Below, one piece after another: positions 55,914 through 64,000 of a stretch of 64,000 nt of DNA (the first letter of the stretch is position 1; each line of letters starts with the position of its first letter). The translations under genes and the position numbers were made by a program. The notes below the pieces were generated by a model. The model saw nothing but the letters and a program-made list of their open reading frames with translations. It searched no databases and was not told where the DNA came from. Source of the stretch: Klebsormidium nitens (taxonomy: Eukaryota; Plantae; Klebsormidiophyceae). The DNA lies in contig DF237246.1 of NCBI GenBank assembly GCA_000708835.1, forward strand, positions 1 through 64,000. The letters are read 5' to 3'.

Positions 55914-57382
55914 CTTCGGTACCTAAGTTGGCAAAGACGTATGCACAAATGCTGCGCATACCAGAGTCCGCCATAGGAGGCCATATATGAAAGAATCCGC
56001 CAGTGCAGCTCGCGTGAAATGGCTTTATAGATTTTGATGCACTAGGCTTTTTACAGAGACAATTGCACTTTCAATGTCCGAGCGCCGATAGAAGTTATCT
56101 TACAAGTATGTGGATGCTTAAAGCTAATCATCTCCGACCTCTGATCTTCCTATACTTGAAGTTCGAAAGTAACTCGGTTCACTTTGAGCGTGGAGTCGTA
56201 CGCGTGTATGAACTGATTGAACCGAAAGGTATAGGAAGAGCACAGTACATTCTTGCTGCATGCGCGGTCAAAAAACTGTGCCCGGGAGCTGCAGCCTGTC
56301 GGTTGCAGGCATGCATGTGCAACATTCCAGAAACCGGCGGCCGCCGGCCAGTGTCTTTTGTGGGCACACACATACTCACCTGATCAATTGAATTAATACT
56401 TGAAATTTTAAAACCGCTCATGTATAAAAGCAAACACCTTTTGTAAAGTTTGCTCATTCGATTCGCACCCATTCTCAAGGTTTCCAAGCTCTCGAGCATC
56501 GCTCATGGGCGGGCGGCGGTCGCCCACCTCTAGCTCTGTCATCGGACGGTGCCAGCAAACAGGTGGAAATTCAGGAATCATGCGCCGGCCGAACCTGGTG
56601 AAATTTGATGACGTCAGCAACCGTGGTCATCAACTTGTCAGGAATCTGAAAATCAGGCTCAGCCAATCATATTCCCGCCGCACGCGTGTCGGACGAAAGT
56701 CGACAAAGATTCCCCAGATTCGATCAGTGTCGACATCGGACCCCAGGCACTTACACAGGCGTGGGCGGCCGGTATTACGCTTTAGCCTTTTGCTTCCTCC
56801 CATGCAAGATACCTATGCCGGGCCCCGGCTACATGCTGTCATCAACATCACCTTTGATTCGCATCTAGCTAGCTACTGCAGCTGCGGTAGCCCACGTGAG
56901 TCAGGATTTTGCTGTGACTTGTTCGGTAGGCTCAACAGCTACCTTGTAGTATCCACTACATAGTAGCTGAGGAAAGCTGACAGCTTTTGCAATATTGTGG
57001 GTCAACTTTGCCAAGAGACCAGCGATGGTGGGGCGATGGTGACGGTGCTAATAGGAGGGAGGCCAATGTAAACGCCGCCCACGTTGCCAGGCACTGCGCA
57101 GCAGGATATGAGAGGCTTTGAACTACTTGGGGGCATGTCCAATGCTGTGCACTTTGTGCTGAAGGGCATGATCCTCAGCTGGGGAAAATTTGGTGCGGCC
57201 TAGCATTTTAAGCTTTGCTTCAAGACCTGAACAGTGCTGAGGATTCTGTTAACTCTCGGTCCCAGAACAACTTTTGCTGACAACCATCGTTGATCATCAG
57301 CTAGCCATGAGCAGCTAGCCGCACTTCCAGCCAAAGACAGGGAGAATTCAGTTGCACAGTCAGACACCCTCCATCAGCTCAG

Positions 57383-60300
57383 ATGGACACAACATCGACA
57401 CACCCCTGGGCCCTACAACTCTCTTCCCCCCTCCAGTTTCTCACCTTGAAGACAGAAGAGGGGGGCGTCAAGCCTGAGATTGCAATCCTGTTCTTTGGGC
57501 TGGCCCTCATTTTGGGCGCGCTCTGCAAGCAGGTCTCTGCACACACGCTCGTCCCCTACACGGTGGCCCTGCTCATCATTGGCATTGTCCTCGGTGTCCT
57601 TGGTGAGTGGCCTTTCTACTTACTTAGAACGGTCTTGATCGCTCTTTTGTATCCTGGTTCTCATGAGAGGGACCCGCTGATGAGGCCAGCATGCCATGAA
57701 TCTTATGTCAGCTGAGAAGTCAATTGCAAATGCTTGGGGACACTGTCAAGGTTTAAAGGCATTGGAGCTGTGGTGAAGAAGTTCGACAGCTATGGCACTG
57801 ACTTTCTTGGACCATTTGGGCTTCAACAAATTGAAAAGCCATGTTTCCAATAGCTTTCCTCCGGGCATGGCACAAATTGTTCTTTGATTATGGAAAGGTC
57901 GGTTTTTAGAGGCGATTCGGGTTCTGACGGCCTTGGAAAGCTGAGCTCAACCTGTTGCAGAGGGGGAATGAGCTGGTCCGGCTTGATGGATGAATGCAAG
58001 CCCCCTGTCTTTGGACTCTCTTCTGAGCTGTGTCTCTTAACCAGGCCGTAGACAATGTTCTTAAACAGGGGCAGTCTGCCTTGTATGAAGCAATGAATCA
58101 GACATAAGCCAAACCTTGATCCATGCCCCTACATGTTCAAAGACCTGTGCGGTTGCGACTCAGCAAAGGAGACATGTTTTAAGCTGTGATTACCGAACAC
58201 AACTCAAGCTGTGGAAACCATTTTTCTTCATCGTATTTGTGTGCCCAATCAAGCCCGCTGGGGCAGACCCCAATTCTTAGAAAAAAGTGGACAGAAATTC
58301 CATTCAATCGAGCAGTGAGCTCCTTCTCTGGGGCGTCTAAGGGGCGGTTCGGAGGCCGCTTTCCTAATTTGCAAACTGGCTCTGGTTTGCAGGGCACGGG
58401 GACACAGGAAGAATGTGGTTTTCAATGTATGGGGAATTCTCAGACTATGTTTGTGTATGACTGTGCAGATCACGTGCTGCACAATGGGCTGGGCACGCTG
58501 GGGGAGAGCATCCAGATATGTGAGTGGCCGTGGCAACGGACTGTACTGTCATCTCAGACGCAATTGTTGACACCGGAGTGCGTGTTGCAAACCTTTCTGA
58601 CAGCCTTGCAGACGCTCCTGATAGCTTTTATCTGTAGTTTCTAATTTGGTGCGGAAGCATTCTTGTGCCGCGACTCATGCTGTTGTTTGGAAGTTTCGGA
58701 ATCTGGAAGATTTACGTTCTTTGCTCCATCCCAGTCACTTTGTTTCACCACCTATTTGTGTCATCGTGGCGCACCTAGAGGAGATCGAGAAAGGTCATTA
58801 TTTGCTTACCCTTTAGTGCATGCTGCACGTGTTCTCCCCACCGGACAAAGACCTGTGCTTCCTTAATTTACCGGCCGCCGCATCTGGATTCTTAGCTCAG
58901 GCTGACTTCTCATCTCCCACACGATGTTGAAGAAATGGTCAAAGCTTGGATGGTTGGAAGGCCGACATGGACAGGGAGGCGGAGTCGGGTTATCTGTTTG
59001 AGCTCGCCACTAGTCTCATGCATCCACTTTGTCCATTTCCATCCTGTGCTGGTCACCACCTGTTTAAGCGCAGTTTCGAATCAAAGATTAACTCTCGTGT
59101 TGCAGGGGCCGACATTGAACCTGGTCTTATCCTTTTCGTCTTCCTTCCGGCGCTGCTCTTCGAGAGCTCCATGTCGATGGAAGTCCACAAGTCAGGGTGA
59201 GCGGTAGAAACTTCCTTGTCCGTTTGAAGAGAGCAGAATCCACCACTTCACTGGGCGAGTCATGGTCAAGCATTGGCCAATCTCTCTATGTTCTGAGGGA
59301 GATGAACGGACTTTCAGTAGCCGTAGTTCAGATTGGATAAGATCTGGGCAGTCTAAAAGCGGCACTTCGACCAATCAGTCCCGCGCTGAAAATGCAAATA
59401 GAGATGTCCCACGTCCAGATTTTGTCTTCTGAATTGGATTGAATGTTCCATCGTGGATAACACTGGGCCATGAGTTATCCGACAGCGCTAGACCCGAATC
59501 ATCCTGGATCGACTTGCAGCTTAAATCTGGTGTCGAACATCAGTGCATAAGACGACTGCCAACGAGGTTAAGCACTATCACTGCCTGTCAACCGGCAGCC
59601 AAGTATGGTTGACACGCCATCTCCCCGAGCAGGGTGTACCCCATACAATCATACAGCCACCACAACTGATGAGCTTGCTTGCGGTGTCCGCAGAAATGCC
59701 TGTGGCAAATGTCGCTCCTCGCGGGTCCGGGGGTGCTTGTTAACACCTTTGTTCTGGGGGCCGCTCTGAAGGTGAGGTCATTCACTTAACAACTGCGGTG
59801 TTAACACGCAGTCAGACTAAACCCTTCGAGCTTGTTCTTTCAAGGGATCCCTTATCTGAGTTGGCTACAAACCTCTAGCCCTGCTTGTTCTGAGGTCGCT
59901 CGTGACCAAAATAAAGTCAACCGTGGCAAAGGTGAAGGGGAAGCCTTCGAAAGGAAAGATGATCGACAGTCGTTCTTTTTCGCTCAATACGTGGTCTTGG
60001 CACCCCCTAACCGTAGTGCAGAGTTCGGGCTGAGATGTTCGCAGGCTAAGGAATTGTCATTTCAACCGAGCCTTCTTCAAGACCTTCTTGCTTGGTGGTG
60101 ATGCGGATTTCGAGATTCCCCCGACGGTCGTTTCCAGGCTACCCGACTCATTCTAGTCCGATTGTTTCGAGCAGTGCAGCCTCCTTTTGTCCGAGAGGCC
60201 ACCGTGACTCCAATCCAACTCAGTAGAAAGGCTTCCCACCCAGTGGTTAATCTGAACCCATTTGCAAACCCGCAGTTTTGCTTCCCCTATTCGTGGAGCT

Positions 60301-63300
60301 GGGGTCTGTCCCTGACGTTGGGCGGCCTTTTGAGCGCAACGGATCCAGTGGCAGTGGTCGCCCTCTTGAAGGAGCTGGGCGCCAGCAAGAAGCTCAACAC
60401 CATAATCGAGGGGGAGTCGCTCATCAACGACGGGTAAGTCCCAGGCGTGGTTGGGTTATTCTGGATGTGGGCCACACCACGTGATCGAATAAAAAGGAAA
60501 CTTCGAGAACTTTAGGAATGTTACTCAGTACCGTTAAATTTGGACCTCTTCGTGACCCGAAACGTGAATCAGGGTCCTGCAGGCAGACGAAGGGCACACT
60601 GCCACCTCATTCACAGAAGCACGGTCCAATACAGATCTGCGAAGTGACAGACATTTGTGAGCACAAACAAGCTCAGAACTCATTTTAAGCCAAGACCAGC
60701 ATACACCCAATTCCAATCCAAACCCAGTTTAATCCGGCCAAGTTTGCTTGGGAACATTCCCAATTAGGAGATGAGAAAGTGCTTCTTAGAACAGGTTCTT
60801 TGGGCGCCCCGGCTTTGTATCACGCGTGACGTACATAAGATTGCGCACGGCGGTCAGGGTTGAGTTTCAATGAACGCTGATTGGCGGACGAGATTTGAAT
60901 TCTCGGCAGCGCTTCGTGAAGCAAGCATCTTTCTTGCCCGCAGCACGGCGATCGTCGTCTTTCGCCTCTTCTACCGGATCGTCTTCGGCAGCAAGTTCAA
61001 CTTCGTCAACACAATCGTCTATTTTATGCAGATCTCCTTTGGAGGGTGAGTCCAGGGACGGGAAACGCATGTTCTACGCTTAAATGATGTAGCGGCATTA
61101 CAAATGTGGAGCGGCCCGTGTCTGTATCATTGAGGATAAGCAAGACGCCGTTTCGGAGCGGATTTCAGGGGCCATTTTGCTGAATGCGGACTTTTCTTGC
61201 ATACGACGTCAGCCCCGCCCCAACTTCTCTTCTCTCGTGTTTTCAAAGCCAGTGCTTATCATTCTGCGAGAATCATGACAGTGGCTTGAAACGCGATGGA
61301 TTCCAAACTCGAAACGTTGTGCGATCGGTCGGTCCTCTCCCCGGCTTTTCCGGTCACACCTTCACCTCGTGCGATTTCCTCCTGCAAACTCTAACCCCCG
61401 AGCTGAGTTACCGCCACCTCCAGTCTTAGGCTTGCCTGAGCTCATCTTCGATTTTGTAGTGACATCGTGCTGCTTTTACAATGTCGCCGGTCTGAGTCTA
61501 TTCTTGCTCTGTAAAGTGGCAAGCAATGAAAATAATTATCCTGGAGCCAACTGTCGCGTTAATCCCACCGGTCTGAGTCCACTCCTGCCCTGCAGAGTGG
61601 CAATGGGCATCGCCTTTGGGCTGGTCGCCATAATGTGGCTCGGTTTCGTGTTCAACGACACTCTCATCGAAATCACCATCACGGTCTCGGCCGCGTATAT
61701 GGTCTACTTCACGGTGAGCTGACACGTGGCCCCAGCCGTCCGATTTGACACGCTGCAAATCAGCATCGAGAAACTTGATTCTGGTTGTCATCCGTTTGAC
61801 ATTGTTGAGAAACCTCGTCAAGCAGATTCGTCAATGCAGTTCGCTCATATGTGCATCTGGTTCCTCAAACGGAAATTGGGGCTTCCAAGTTTTCACCTTG
61901 CAAGCGGCTTCGAAAGCGAACGTGAAGCGGATTTGCTCCTGATAGCCAAAGAAAAACCTTCACATCAACCTTCACGACCAATATTGCGACGGGATCCTAT
62001 CCTTCGAATACTCTAAACTGACGTGACTTAAATTGCCATGACGCCCGCCCTTTTTGACAACACAACTATTTCGTTAAAGTTTTCAAGAGTCGTTTTTGCG
62101 CAAGGCATTTTAAGTTTTCAAGAGTCGTTTTGTGCAAGGCACGCTAAGAGGAATGCCAACTGCAGATTCTGCTCGATCCACGGTGGAAGGACGAGGATCT
62201 TGTTTCGACCCATGTCAAGACCGGTGTGCTCAAAGAATCAGACCGCTGTCTTACAAGACCCTGGTTTCGCAGATCGCAAGTTGGTTTGCTTCTTAGTTCT
62301 TAATCGAACTGTCGGAATCTTAGTAAGACGGACCTGCATCGTTGCCATATCTGGGCTGTTCTTTTCAGGGTTCCTCACACTCGACATCGCTCTGTCTTGT
62401 CTGCAGTCGGAGCAGAATGCGGGTGTCTCTGGCGTCATCGGCGTTATGTTCCTTGGAATGTGAGTTCCGCTTTCGTAGCCCTTTCGGTTTGGGGCCTTTC
62501 GCTGAAAAGTCTAGTGCATCAACACAAATGTCAGGTGATGTTCGGGAAAGGAATTATGCCTCTGGCTAAAATGGAGGCCTTTCGAGTAAATGAATATGAC
62601 GGATCAGTGCCGGCAGGGCGTTCTTGATGAGAGGAGATAACCTTTGTATGATCGTATCGAAACGATTGAAATCTCAGATTCTTACTAGCGAGAATAGCTA
62701 GTCTGGCCGTTTGATCCAGGTTTCCATTCGTGCGGCATGGTCTGCGAAGTCCTCTCAAGGCCGTGCTCGAATCGGCCTTTCGCGGGAAGAAGCCTCCTGC
62801 TTATCCTCCTATCTTGTACCTTAGAGGAACTTTTGCATTAAGCTGTTGACGAGTTATTCCCCACGAGTTTCTCCTCATTCCAAACTCGGCACGGCCTTTC
62901 ATAAGCCTCTCGGCTTCGGCTCTATTTCGCAGATTCTTTGCCGCGGTCGGCAACACGGCGTTCACGGGAGAGCACAAGAAGAGCTTGCACCACTTCTGGG
63001 AGATGGTCGCGTACATGGCTAACACGCTCATATTCATCCTCAGGTCCGTACAAAAAAAGTAATTTCGGCCTAGTTGCAGGTTTACCCAAATGCTATCTTT
63101 GCCCCAATTGGAGTGAAATCCTGTCAATCTGCAAAAGCAGGTGAAATATAAGGTGCAATGAGTATCAAGGAGATCCCCTTGCGCCGCAGTGTCAGTTGCA
63201 AGTTATGTTAGACCCAGTTTGATACCCATTCAGCCCGGATTACAGTCTTTTGCTCGTGTTGGGTGCGTGCAGTGGGGTCATCATTGCTGAGGTCATCCTG

Positions 63301-63661
63301 CGCAACACGGAGAGCATCGACGCGCGCGACTGGGTGTACCTCATCGTGCTCTACCTCTTCGTCCAGTTAGCCCGGGTTGTCGTCGTCGGGTTATCCTACC
63401 CGCTGCTTAAGTACTGGGGTTACGGAATCGACTGGAAAAAGGTTAGCTCCATTTCAAACCGCGATTCGAAACTACCAGACAGGACGCTTCGACTTCCAAG
63501 GATAATTTTGAGCTCTCTCAATCTCTACCGGACGTTGCTCCGGCGCTTTGTACTTTAAGATCGGCATATTGGCTCACGTCTGTCTACGGGTGCAGGCGAC
63601 GGTGATGACGTGGGCGGGGCTACGTGGCGCTGTGGCACTTACCCTTGCTCTCACGGTTAAC
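57383..63661 (+). CDS. SOS1: SOS1/NHX7-type plasma-membrane Na+/H+ antiporter (CPA1), 5' part; continues beyond the window; apparent -1 frameshift near 59189
   Basis: Exons 57383-57602 (start uncertain), 58469-58519, 59106-59196, 59694-59771, 60276-60433, 60944-61045, 61596-61713, 62407-62459, 62933-63043, 63273-63441, 63596-63661. Motifs closely match plant SOS1: VPYTVALLIIGIVLG, FLPALLFESS, LLSATDPVAVVALLKELGASKKLNTIIEGESLINDGTAIVVF, SLHHFWEMVAYMANTLIFILSG, WAGLRGAVAL. Confidence 0.93.
62077..62141. repeat. 35-bp tandem duplication in a SOS1 intron
   Basis: aagttttcaagagtcgtttttgcgcaaggcatttt followed by aagttttcaagagtcgttttgtgcaaggca. Confidence 0.9.
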
Positions 63662-64000
63662 GTAAGTTTGAATAACATACTCTGCTTTTTATTCACGAGA
63701 TGCTTTGGAGCTGTGTCTTCCTGGCAACTAGCGGCTCGGCTCAACCGCTTCCAACTTGTCTAGCTGGGGTGTGCATGGCAAAGGAAGGATAGTCAAATGT
63801 AACAACAAGAACCGAAGGAGGTTGCTCGAAAGGAGCCGATCCCGCTTATCCGAAAACGTTTTCGCCCGTTCAACCCACTTAAAAAGTCGCTCGAGTCTCC
63901 TGTCTTCTAGTTTGATCTTACCTCGACTGCAGCTATTTTCCAGCAAACTGCGGGTTTCCTCTTGGAAAAAGGGAAGTTCTAAGGGTGTGGAAGTCAGTTG

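Noticed and set aside
63662-64000. Next SOS1 exon (QTAGFLLEK... after ttttccag)
   Set aside because: An in-frame TAA follows with no donor before it, so it is not supported; the next exon probably lies beyond the window.

Overview
Eukaryotic, intron-rich nuclear DNA with GC-rich exons and 0.2-1.3 kb introns. The gene set and structure suggest a streptophyte green alga such as Klebsormidium (inference). All gene models were spliced by hand from GT/GC-AG signals, codon phase and remembered family similarity; no database search was run. From left to right: (1) the 3' part of a HOTHEAD/mandelonitrile-lyase-family GMC oxidoreductase on +; (2) an inverted, tail-to-tail second copy on - that is a frameshifted pseudogene; (3) a divergent 10-exon kynurenine-3-monooxygenase-like FAD monooxygenase; (4) a 54-exon, about 4,800-aa plant VPS13M-type lipid-transfer gene, phase-consistent from ATG to stop and containing one GC-AG intron; (5) the first 11 exons of a SOS1-type Na+/H+ antiporter with an apparent 1-nt deletion. 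The most notable unexplained structure is non-coding. It includes a TA-flanked MITE-like foldback with a G-quadruplex-type loop just before a VPS13 acceptor, a decayed pseudo-exon and a triplicated exon/intron junction with an in-frame alternative donor around VPS13 exon 31, intergenic blocks rich in short palindromes, a miRNA-like hairpin, a possible spliced uORF leader, and an array of acceptor-like repeats. I found no tRNA, rRNA, CRISPR array or intact transposase, and no clearly novel multi-gene system; the hunt items are hypotheses.
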